A stretch of 64,000 nucleotides of DNA from the NCBI GenBank assembly GCA_965263355.1, contig CBDHHL010000056.1:160001-224000 (forward strand), given 5' to 3'. Source of the stretch: Leptolyngbyaceae cyanobacterium (GTDB lineage Bacteria; Cyanobacteriota; Cyanobacteriia; Phormidesmidales; Phormidesmidaceae). A model generated the notes under the pieces. That model searched no databases, was not told the origin of the DNA, and was given only the letters and a program-made list of their open reading frames with translations. Of the stretch, positions 10,497-19,407 are shown in pieces. Both the position numbers and the translations under genes were made by a program. Position 1 is the stretch's first letter; every line of letters starts with the position of its first letter.

Positions 10497-10868
10497 CTAG
10501 TTTAACGTAGTATTATCAAGGATAGGGCCTGACCCGAGATCTGAAATCTCACATACGAAGGTTATATCAAACCAATCGCAAAATATTTCAAATGTTCGGT
10601 TGATGGGCCAGTCTGATGTCTGTGTGTGCCATGCGTGGAGTTCGGTATCGAAAATGGAATCGTAAATTTGTTCGAGGATTGCCCAGGCGGATAAATCATC
10701 ATTGTATTCAGGGATTAGATATATTGTTGGTTCGTCGTTTTGGTCGGGCATAATGTTGGCGTTGTCTAGCTGAGATGCCCAATTTATGTATGGTTGTTTT
10801 GGGCGGACAATAACGGCACTTCTATTAATCATGGAAGTAGATGTGTGGCAACGCACCAACAATAGCAT
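10497..10868 (-). CDS. Conserved-looking hypothetical protein (likely start MINRSAV, about 10832)
   Basis: Natural-looking pattern NRSAVIVRPKQPYINW...IYLIPE...IFDTELHAW...WP...F.DWF. Confidence 0.65.
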   Translation of the reverse strand: MLLLVRCHTSTSMINRSAVIVRPKQPYINWASQLDNANIMPDQNDEPTIYLIPEYNDDLSAWAILEQIYDSIFDTELHAWHTQTSDWPINRTFEIFCDWFDITFVCEISDLGSGPILDNTTLN

Positions 10869-10950
10869 TCGCTCGAGGCAGGCAACGCATCAACAACAGC
10901 ATTCGCCATAAAGTTGGGCATTCTAGTCTAAATGATAGATCCAAATCAGG

Positions 10951-11460
10951 ATGCCTAACTACCGTCGTCCTTACATTCCTGGGGGGACATACTTTATCAC
11001 TCAGGTCACCTATCAACGGGTGCCTTGGTTATGTCGTGATGTGGGCCGTCGAGCACTCAGAGAGGCGATTATTACTGTCAAAAAGAGTCATCCATTTTCG
11101 GTAGATGCCATTGTTTTACTACCGGAACATTTTCATTGTTTGTTGACGCTACCCCCTGATGATGCGGATTTTTCGATTAGATTAAAGTTGATTAAAATCC
11201 ATGTAACCAGGCATTATGGTTCGGCATTGAATATTAATCGACCTGTTTCTCGATCACGACAAAAGCGAGGAGAACGTAATCTTTGGCAGCGTCGGTATTG
11301 GGAACATTGGATTCGTGATGAGCGAGATTTTGCGACACATTGTGATTATATTCATTACAATCCGGTACGCCATGGGTTGTGTAAGAATCCTCGGGATTGG
11401 AAGTATTCCAGTGTGCATCGGTTTATTGCAGAGGGCATTTATCCACCGAATTGGTATTAA
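10951..11460 (+). CDS. rayT: REP-associated tyrosine transposase (RAYT, HUH Y1 family)
   Basis: MPNYRR..PGGTYFIT, VLLPEHFHCL (HUH), WQRRYWEHWIRD, YIHYNPV and W.YSS motifs; flanked by REP palindromes. Confidence 0.92.
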   Translation: MPNYRRPYIPGGTYFITQVTYQRVPWLCRDVGRRALREAIITVKKSHPFSVDAIVLLPEHFHCLLTLPPDDADFSIRLKLIKIHVTRHYGSALNINRPVSRSRQKRGERNLWQRRYWEHWIRDERDFATHCDYIHYNPVRHGLCKNPRDWKYSSVHRFIAEGIYPPNWY

Positions 11461-11825
11461 GAAGAGAGCCCCGAAATCCCCCACGACGTTTGGGATAAGG
11501 TGTAGTGTAGTTATCTTTTGGAAGTGGTGCGTTGTCACGCACCCTACGCTTGTTGGAAGGTATAGGCGGAAGTGGCACGGTGCTAGCTCTTGGAGGCGAT
11601 GCGTGAGTTAAGAAGAGAGCCCCGAAATCCCCCACGACGTTTGGGATAAGGTGTAGGGTGTGTGTAGCGAAGCGGAACGCACCGGATTAGAGAGTTTTGG
11701 AGTGGTGCGTTATCTTTTGGAAGTGGTGCGTTGTCACGCACCTACGCTTGTTGGAAGGAAGTGCGTTATCTTTTGGAAGTGGTGCGTTGTCACGCACCCT
11801 ACGCTTGTTGGAAGGTATAGGCGGA
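11458..11825. repeat. REP/BIME-like tandem array downstream of rayT
   Basis: Three copies of gttatcttttggaagtggtgcgttgtcacgcac(c)ctacgcttgttggaagg (about 11510, 11708, 11765) and two copies of taagaagagagccccgaaatcccccacgacgtttgggataaggtgtag (11458, about 11609). Core palindrome GTGCGT-tgtc-ACGCAC with GTAG on the minus strand. Confidence 0.9.
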
Positions 11826-11986
11826 TAGTGCCGTTCTCTCCCGCGCAAGTTCAGCCTCTTGCTCCCTTACAGAAATCTCCTCCTCCCGCTGCTGAGCCCG
11901 ACTAGCCGCCAAAAACTCCCGATCCTCAGCACTCAGCGTCACTTTCTCATCCGCCCACCCCTCAGCCTCCGTCAGCGCCCCACCCC
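11826..11986 (-). pseudogene. Displaced 3' fragment of the AAA_35 gene at 13515-14702
   Basis: GGALTEAEGWADEKVTLSAEDREFLAASRAQQREE... continues SSRLLRGG in frame once the IS and one target copy are removed; it ends at the REP array. Confidence 0.85.
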
Positions 11987-13514
11987 CAGGGTAATTGCAG
12001 TTATTTAGTATAAATTGTACTTGACAGAAAGTATTAAATAGTGGGTCAGTGTGATCACCAAATGATTCTAAACCCAATGCTAATAACAAGTGTTAATATG
12101 CAGCTCAATTTAGAACCCATGCAACATGACCTCTTAACAGAATGATGTGAAGTTCTCTCAATCCAGATTCGTGTTGTGCTCAGCATTAACACACCAGAAA
12201 CACTACACCTCAGCTTCAGTGTCAGCACTAGCCATGAGTAACGACAAAAGATAATTATTATCCATGGCAGCCCGATACCGCTTTGTGTTGATACTACCTT
12301 TGCTAGAATCTCGTTTTATGAGATTGATGCACAAACGTCGAAGTAATCCTATATTCTCCGGTCCATGGTCTTTTCGAATTCGACTTTGGTCCTCTTTGAA
12401 GGTCACATCTAGAACCCAATGGAGACTATTTTCAATACTCCAATGGGACCGAATCGATTGCCCAAAAACACTGGCATCTGATTCTAAACTGCTGATATAA
12501 AAGCAGATGTTTTCTTCTTCTTTGTTCGGTAGAATTCGTCTACGACGAACCATCACAATACTCTTTAACCCTTTCCATTTCTGCACATTGGGGAGGTCTG
12601 GCACTTGCTCAATCGAGACAACCCACACCTGACGATGCTCAATGCGATCATGTCCTGCTTCAGTAGTATGCTCATAACTATAGTCAATGTCCTGCCATTC
12701 ATTGGCTCGGGCCTGTTCAAAAAAATCTTTAACACCCTGATAGAGATTGTCTTGATTCGCCTTGAGCGCCAATATATAGTCCCCTCCACCCTGAATAATT
12801 TGCTCTGCAATGGCCGTTTGCGTCCCCATCGCATCGATGGTGATGATTGTTCCTTCTAAGGACAACATTTCAAGCAGCTCAGGAATGGCCGTAATCTCAT
12901 TGGATTTGGTATCGACCCGTTGCTGAGCTAACACTAAGTGATGTTCTGATGCCCAGGCACTCACGCTATGGAGTGCTTTACCCCCCACCTTCCGATCCTT
13001 CGACCCCCGCAAGGTCTTGCCATCGATATGGATGACTTTGATCTGTAATTGGGTTGTTATTTGCTCTATCCAACCCAAGAAAAACTGATGAAACTGCTCT
13101 GGGTCGATCACTCTAAACACCCTTGAGAAAGTATCGTGCGACGGGATGCCATGGGGCAATTCCAAAAACGTCGATAACCATTCCTGTTTTGCCTCACCAT
13201 AGGTTTCGACCTCCGTCATCGTGTTGGACCCAGCTAAGGTCGCAAAGATGGCGATGGTGACGATATCAATCAGTAAATGGAGGGGGTTTCGTTTCGTACG
13301 AGGGTCATCCAGGTTCTTGATCTCATCAAGCATCGTGTGCTTGAGCGTTGGGGTGGGACTGGACTTGGATAGGGGCAACGATGGTGGACCAAACCCTTTT
13401 GACATAAAGCTAAACCCGTACTGGGATGGTTGAAGGACAAGTTTTGAAGCTAGCAAACTCCAAGCCCTATCCACCATTCAATCAGTACTAATTGTCAAGT
13501 ACAATTTATGGCTG
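11987..13514 (-). mobile_element. ISAs1-family insertion sequence with 8-bp target site duplication
   Basis: Ends CAG...CTG; duplication CCCACCCC at 11979-11986 and 13515-13522; subterminal inverted repeat ataaattgtacttgaca (12010-12026) / tgtcaagtacaatttat (13493-13509). Confidence 0.9.
12203..13477 (-). CDS. ISAs1 family DDE transposase (start may be ATG 13405)
   Basis: GIPSHDTF, IDGKTLRGS, KSNEITAIP, IDAMGTQ, LKANQ, GHDRIEHR and HWSIENSLHWVLDVTFKED motifs. Confidence 0.95.
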   Translation of the reverse strand: MVDRAWSLLASKLVLQPSQYGFSFMSKGFGPPSLPLSKSSPTPTLKHTMLDEIKNLDDPRTKRNPLHLLIDIVTIAIFATLAGSNTMTEVETYGEAKQEWLSTFLELPHGIPSHDTFSRVFRVIDPEQFHQFFLGWIEQITTQLQIKVIHIDGKTLRGSKDRKVGGKALHSVSAWASEHHLVLAQQRVDTKSNEITAIPELLEMLSLEGTIITIDAMGTQTAIAEQIIQGGGDYILALKANQDNLYQGVKDFFEQARANEWQDIDYSYEHTTEAGHDRIEHRQVWVVSIEQVPDLPNVQKWKGLKSIVMVRRRRILPNKEEENICFYISSLESDASVFGQSIRSHWSIENSLHWVLDVTFKEDQSRIRKDHGPENIGLLRRLCINLIKRDSSKGSINTKRYRAAMDNNYLLSLLMASADTEAEV

Positions 13515-14702
13515 CCCACCCCGCAACAAACGAGAACTATCCACCTTCCCAGAACCAACCCAGGCCCTAAAACTTTCCGCATAGGGCCGTAACTTCCGCA
13601 GCTCACCATCAATCCAGGCTTCATCAAAAACAGCCCTATAGATCGGATTATAAACCCGTAACCGACTGCCTCGCTTCACCACCAAGCCCGACAATTGCAG
13701 CTCTCTCTCTTCAGGCTGATTATTCGCCGCAATCGCTTCCGCCTGTCGAATTTGCCGATACAGCTCCAGCAAATACCCCGCTTTCCGCTCATCATCCAGC
13801 AACCGTTGCCGAATCGTCTTTAAATGCTCTTGATGATCCTGAGTTTCCCAACTATCAATCAGCCGTGCGTTTACCAACCCATCAATCGCAACCGCTTCAC
13901 TCCCCGCTGCAATTGCCCCATCTGAGTCCACCACCAACTGACATAACCGCTGGGTCAAAAACGGCTGTCCCCCCGTCCATCGCAAAATCTCTTGCAACAC
14001 CGTCTCTGGCTGCTCTGCTTTCCCCCGTAACCCAGCCGCCAAAGGCAACGCTTCCTCACGCGAAAACCCCTTCAAATCAATACTTTTACCCACATTAAAG
14101 GGAGTCCGCTTTGCATCCCCAATCAACTCCGACGGGGCCGCCACCCCCAACAACGCAAACGTCAGTTTCTTATACGCAGAGTTCTCCGCCCGCTTGTTAT
14201 AACACCCCCGAATCAGTGCAAAAAAATCATCGGTAAACGGCAAACTGAGGGTGCTATCAATCTCATCAATAAAAACAACAATCGATTCCTCAATCCCTGA
14301 CAACAGAACCGTATCAATAAATTCCGCTAAACGCTCCACTGGCGCAATAAAGTCTCGTTCCTTTAGCCAACTGCGAAACGCTTGCCGATCCAGCAACCCA
14401 AACTGCCGATTTAACTGATTAATAATGCCGTCATACCACCGATCTGGCCGATCAACCTGACTATCCTTCGCCGAAAAATCAATAATAATTCCAGCCCAGC
14501 CTGCAGCCTGTAGCTTAGCCAGGGTTCTCACCATCAGGCTGGTCTTCCCCATCTGCCGAGAGTTCAGCACATAGCAAAACTCCCCCGCCTTCAGCGCTTC
14601 ATACAACTCCATATCACTTTCCCGCATCACATAGGAGGGCACATCCTGCGGTAACGCCCCACCCACCTTATAAAACGAGGAACTTATGGGTGATTCACTC
14701 AT
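13506..14702 (-). pseudogene. AAA_35 (STAND-like) ATPase gene interrupted by ISAs1
   Basis: [16 protein letters not shown] (Walker A), IDEID (Walker B), TPFNVG and [13 protein letters not shown] motifs; the last codons and stop come from the IS end. Confidence 0.85.
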
Positions 14703-16160
14703 TCCGCCATCCTCAACCGCGAACGAAAATAAGGCCGATACAGAGGTTCATGGCGCAGCACCACCCCATTCCCCTGCAGATTTACCAACCCCATGCCATT
14801 GAGCTTAAACGCCAGCATCGACTTTAGCTCCACCGGCTGCTCAGACACAATCACCTGCTCAAATGCCTGGGCCAGCTCTGGGTGCTGCTGCAAATTCCAT
14901 AGGTGTCGCCGCAAATGTTCCCCATAAATCCCGGCATCCGTAGGTGCTTCCTTCAGCAGTTGCTCCAGGGTCAAATCCTGTTGAGCAATATGATACAGCG
15001 CCAGCCGCACCAGATAGGGATGTCCCCCCACCATGGCCATCAGGTCATCCACCTCTGCTGGGGTCCAATTCAGACCATGCTTTGCCACCAGCTCCAATAC
15101 CTGGGCCGCCGTAAACTCCGGTAGCTCCACCGCCAGCCCCACATTAAAGGGCGACACATTACTTTCTAAAACAATATAAGATTCCGTCGAATGGGCAATG
15201 GCCAGCTTCAACTTGGCCCATGTAGCATCCACCTTGGCTTTCTCATTCCAGGACCGCAGTAGGGTTAAAAACTCCTTAGAAACTGCTTCATAGGGAAACA
15301 GGCGATCCAATTCATCCAGGGCCAAAAATAAGGATGTGTCAATCTTAGGGAGGATATACTCTTCAAAGTAATCAGTGCAGTTTTCCTTGGGGCCAAATAA
15401 CTCCTCATCCCAAAACTCCGTCACCTTTCGGGGCGAGAAGCCCAACTTTTTGCTGACCAATGCACAGAGTCGTTTTAGGAAAATGCTGGAGTCGGTAAAG
15501 GTGCGTTCATCGGTCTCTAGAAAATCCAGCGTGACGATTCGATAGTTAAGTTTATCCGCCCGGTCTCGAATACGGGCCAGCAGAGACGTTTTACCCATCT
15601 GTCGCGGAGCCTTTACCCGCACTAGCCCACCGCGATTTTCAATTTCCTGCAGACAGCGGCTATCCCAGGGTTCTCGCAGGATATAAAACGCAGATTCTAG
15701 TGGCATGGTGCCCCCTGGCAGCTCTAGATCTGCCACGGGTAAAGGAGGCCGCTGGAGGGTGGACGGTTTTATTGACCGTTGGCCGTTTTCTGCTGCTGCT
15801 GCAGGCATCTGCCCAGAGCTAATCAATGCCAGAATATTGTCCACCAGCTGGGGTGTATCCCCAGGCGTTTGCCAAAATTTTTGTTGAATGGTCTGTAAAC
15901 TGCTTCTCAATTCGGGGTTAAGCGGGTCATCTAGAGGTAAGTTGAGCCGAATGGGCAAAATTATCGGCTTACCCAGCGTATTCTGCAGTTGCTTAGCCGT
16001 TTGCACCTCGCCCGCCACCATATCACTGGTCACCGACTGCTCCGACAGCAGCAGCACAAAGTAATTACATCGCTTCAGTTCCCGATGGATTCGCTGCAAG
16101 GACTACAATCTTCCGCTTAGTCATAGAGGGCTGGGACTCAGGAATAGATAGTGTAGCCAT
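14699..16160 (-). pseudogene. Partial TIR + AAA_35 ATPase gene with an out-of-frame CHAT-like N-terminal stub
   Basis: 14699-16099 encodes a TIR C-half (RIHRELKRCNYFVLLLS..SV.S..V..EV), [20 protein letters not shown] and GGHPYL. 16065-16160 encodes MATLSIPESQPSMTKRKIVVLAANPSGTEAM* in another frame. Confidence 0.75.
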
Positions 16161-16240
16161 ACTACAGCGCTAAACGGGGGATTTACATTTCCTAAAGAAA
16201 AAATTCGGCTCTAGACAAAGGCGTCAGATGCTGTTTAACG

Positions 16241-16591
16241 TCATGCTTCATACTGAGCCAGGATAGTTTTTACTGTGTTTAGGTCAATATCCGATTGATC
16301 CGACTTTGAATAAATTGTTACTAGAATAACATTCTCTTTTGTCTTCAAATAATAAACAACTCGATACCCTGCACTTTTACCTTTTTGAATATCGCTATTC
16401 TTTAACCGCACTTTGAACAATGTCAACTTTATCCCAGCAATCTGATCACCAGGGAGTTCACCCGTTTCAAGTTGTTGAATTAGCGGCTGCACATCACTCC
16501 GAATTCGTCGATAGTGCTTAGCCAGGGTTCTGAGGTCTTTTTGAAAACGAGATGTAAGCGCAACCTCAACCGATGGAGACTCATTCGACAT
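16241..16591 (-). CDS. Type II toxin, RelE/ParE (HigB-like) family
   Basis: F.KDLR.LAK.Y, KVRLKNSDIQKGKSAGYRVVYY and IYSKSDQSD motifs. Confidence 0.88.
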   Translation of the reverse strand: MSNESPSVEVALTSRFQKDLRTLAKHYRRIRSDVQPLIQQLETGELPGDQIAGIKLTLFKVRLKNSDIQKGKSAGYRVVYYLKTKENVILVTIYSKSDQSDIDLNTVKTILAQYEA

Positions 16592-16826
16592 CGATACCGT
16601 CCCACATATTTGCCACTGGGATAGTCTGGCCAGCTAAGGCTTCCTCTAATCCTTCCTGTAGCCCTGCTAAAACCACAGCATCAGGGGTATCATCAGAAGC
16701 CGGTTCATCCGCTTCCGCTATCAACACAATTACCCTCACTCGCTGGTGGGCATTCACCATCAATGGACGATCTAAAGACAACTGCCCCTGTTCATCAATC
16801 GTAGCCGTCGTTTCAATCGCTTTCAT
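16581..16826 (-). CDS. Cognate antitoxin
   Basis: Small acidic ORF overlapping the toxin start; MKAIETTATIDEQGQL...EEALAGQTIPV..MWDGI. Confidence 0.75.
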   Translation of the reverse strand: MKAIETTATIDEQGQLSLDRPLMVNAHQRVRVIVLIAEADEPASDDTPDAVVLAGLQEGLEEALAGQTIPVANMWDGIDVE

Positions 16827-17049
16827 ATCAGCTTTTTACTCTAAATTCGTATTTCTCTATTATGGGCTGACTGTCAAACAGGTTAGTCATTCTTAAGCTC
16901 CAATTTTGCAGTAGTTCTCAGTGATTTCCTTGCCCGTTGCGTTGAACCCTGGCCTGGTAAATTTCATAGAATTGCAAACTGTGAAGCGAACCCCGTTAGC
17001 ATTTGCTTCGCGACGACTAAAATAAGTAGCCGATGAATTTCAAGCATCT

Positions 17050-19257
17050 ATGGCCACTGCACCAACTATTGCCTCGTTCCCATCCTTAGAAACTGCCCTT
17101 AAGCACTTCTTTGGCTATGACGAATTTCGCCATTATCAGCGAGCCATTATTGAGCAGGTGCTAAAAAACCGCGATGTGTTGGTGATTATGCCCACAGGTG
17201 GAGGCAAGTCCCTGTGTTATCAGCTACCGGCCTTACTGCGTGTCGGCATCACCATTGTGGTGTCTCCCCTGATAGCCCTGATGCAGGATCAGGTACGTAG
17301 TCTAAAGGACAATGGTATTGCTGCTACCTATATCAATAGTAGTTTGACCTTTAACGAGGTGCGCGATCGCGAACAGTCCCTACTCAACGGTGAAACCAAA
17401 CTGCTTTACCTGGCCCCAGAGCGTCTGATGAACCCAAGCTTTTGGCCATTTTTAGAACAGATGCAGCAAACCGTCGGCATTAGCACCTTTGCCATTGATG
17501 AGGCCCACTGTGTTTCAGAATGGGGCCATGATTTTCGCCCCGAATATCGCCAGCTGTTTCAAATCAAACAGCAGATGCCCCAGATCCCCATGATGGCATT
17601 GACCGCCACCGCCACTGAACGGGTTCGCCAGGATATCAGTCAACAGCTTCGCCTCAACGATCCTCAGGTATTTGTCTCGGGGTTTAACCGGCAAAATCTT
17701 TACTACGAGGTAAAACCCAAAACAAAACAGAGCTACGACCATTTACTTAAACTCGTCAAAGAGCAATCAGGGTCCGGTATTATCTATTGTCTGAGCCGCA
17801 AACGGGTGAATGAAATATCCTTTCGCCTTAAGCAAGATGGAGTTTCTGCCCTGCCGTACCATGCGGGTCTGACGGCCCAGGAACGCCAGGAAAACCAGGA
17901 ACAGTTTATTCGAGATGATGTGCGCATTATTGTCGCCACCATTGCCTTTGGCATGGGCATTAATAAGCCCGATGTGCGATTTGTGATTCACTATGATTTG
18001 CCCCGCAACATCGAAAGCTACTACCAAGAGTCAGGTCGGGCTGGTCGGGATAACGATCCAGCTAACTGCACCGTTTTCTTTAGCTACGCTGATGTGGCCA
18101 CCGTTGAATATCTGATTAACCAAAAGCCAGATGAACAGGAACAGCGCATTGCCCGTCAGCAGCTACGCCATGTAATTAACTATGCCGAGAGCGCAGTTTG
18201 TCGGCGTAAAATTCAGCTTAGCTACTTTGGGGAGAGTTTCCCAGGGGACTGCAAAAATTGTGACAACTGTCTAAACCCTGTCCCGTTAGAAGATTGGACC
18301 ATTGAAGCTCAGAAATTTCTCTCCTGTGTCGCCCGCTGTCGGGAGCGGTTTGGCATGAACCATGTTATCGATGTACTCAGGGGCTCTCGCAAAAAGCGGT
18401 TGGTAGAACTGGGGCACGATCAGCTCTCTACCTATGGGATTGGCCAGGATCATAGTGTGGATGAGTGGAGGCAGCTATGTCGGTCGCTGCTACACCAGGA
18501 GTTGTTGTCTGAAACCACCGATGGTTATTCTGTACTCAAGCTCAACTCAGGTAGCTGGCAAGTCTTAAAGAAACAGATTTCCGTCAATATCCATGTCTTT
18601 AAACGAGCTGAATCGACCAAGGCCACTAAAGCCAGTGAAGAAGTCCAACTTAGTGCCGACGAAACTCTGTTACTAGGACAGCTGCGTAGTTTACGCAAGC
18701 GGCTAGCCGATGAACAATCGGTACCGCCTTACATTGTCTTTGCCGATGCTAGTCTCCGACAAATGGCCCAGCAACGCCCCATTACCACCGATGCATTTGC
18801 CACCATCTCCGGTGTGGGTAGACGTAAGCTGGAGCAATATGGCCAGGTCTTTACCCAGGAAATTCAACACTTTTGCCAGTCCCATAATCTCACCCCCAAC
18901 AATATTACTGCTAGCCCCCCCGCAACCGAACCTCGCCGCACGTCGACCGAACTCACATCTACATATATCACTACCCACCAGCTACACCAACAGGGTCTAT
19001 CACCATCAGAAATCGCTCTGGAGCGTGGCCTACGACTAGGCACCATCATCGAACATCTGGGCCAGCTGATTGAAATGGGGCAAGATGTGGATCTCAACAG
19101 CCTGGTCTCACCTGAACGCCAGGTACCGATTTTTGAAGCTATTGAAAAAGTAGGGGCCCACTCCCTAAGAACCATCCGCGATGAACTGGGCGAAACCTTT
19201 GACTACAATGAAATTCGCCTGGTCAGGGCAATCTGGGAAAAACAAAATTTATCTTAA
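17050..19257 (+). CDS. recQ: ATP-dependent DNA helicase RecQ
   Basis: MPTGGGKSLCYQ, DEAHCVSEWGHDFRP and QESGRAGRD motifs; RQC zinc cysteines, HRDC and C-terminal HTH. Confidence 0.97.
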   Translation: MATAPTIASFPSLETALKHFFGYDEFRHYQRAIIEQVLKNRDVLVIMPTGGGKSLCYQLPALLRVGITIVVSPLIALMQDQVRSLKDNGIAATYINSSLTFNEVRDREQSLLNGETKLLYLAPERLMNPSFWPFLEQMQQTVGISTFAIDEAHCVSEWGHDFRPEYRQLFQIKQQMPQIPMMALTATATERVRQDISQQLRLNDPQVFVSGFNRQNLYYEVKPKTKQSYDHLLKLVKEQSGSGIIYCLSRKRVNEISFRLKQDGVSALPYHAGLTAQERQENQEQFIRDDVRIIVATIAFGMGINKPDVRFVIHYDLPRNIESYYQESGRAGRDNDPANCTVFFSYADVATVEYLINQKPDEQEQRIARQQLRHVINYAESAVCRRKIQLSYFGESFPGDCKNCDNCLNPVPLEDWTIEAQKFLSCVARCRERFGMNHVIDVLRGSRKKRLVELGHDQLSTYGIGQDHSVDEWRQLCRSLLHQELLSETTDGYSVLKLNSGSWQVLKKQISVNIHVFKRAESTKATKASEEVQLSADETLLLGQLRSLRKRLADEQSVPPYIVFADASLRQMAQQRPITTDAFATISGVGRRKLEQYGQVFTQEIQHFCQSHNLTPNNITASPPATEPRRTSTELTSTYITTHQLHQQGLSPSEIALERGLRLGTIIEHLGQLIEMGQDVDLNSLVSPERQVPIFEAIEKVGAHSLRTIRDELGETFDYNEIRLVRAIWEKQNLS

Positions 19258-19268
19258 ATACATAACTA

Positions 19269-19377
19269 ATACGAAATCCTGCTTGATAGCGCCCGGTATC
19301 GAAGGGCATCCCCAAGGGAGTGTCCCTACAGGATTGTCCATTTTTAATCGGGTTTAATGAATTCGGATTGGGTATAA
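19269..19377. repeat. MITE-like dispersed repeat with imperfect terminal inverted repeats
   Basis: Starts atacgaaatcc and ends ggattgggtat; internal agggcatccccaagggagtgtccct hairpin; partial copy at 2588. Confidence 0.65.
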
Positions 19378-19407
19378 GAAATCGTTTCCTCAACAGTCCC
19401 TCTGAGC

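Noticed and set aside
11458..11825. Possible CRISPR array
   Set aside because: Spacing is irregular, intervening sequences are themselves repeated, no cas genes are present, and the units match dispersed REPs beside a RAYT.
11799..12089. 96-aa ORF as an independent gene
   Set aside because: It is a chimera of IS end, displaced AAA_35 fragment and REP sequence.
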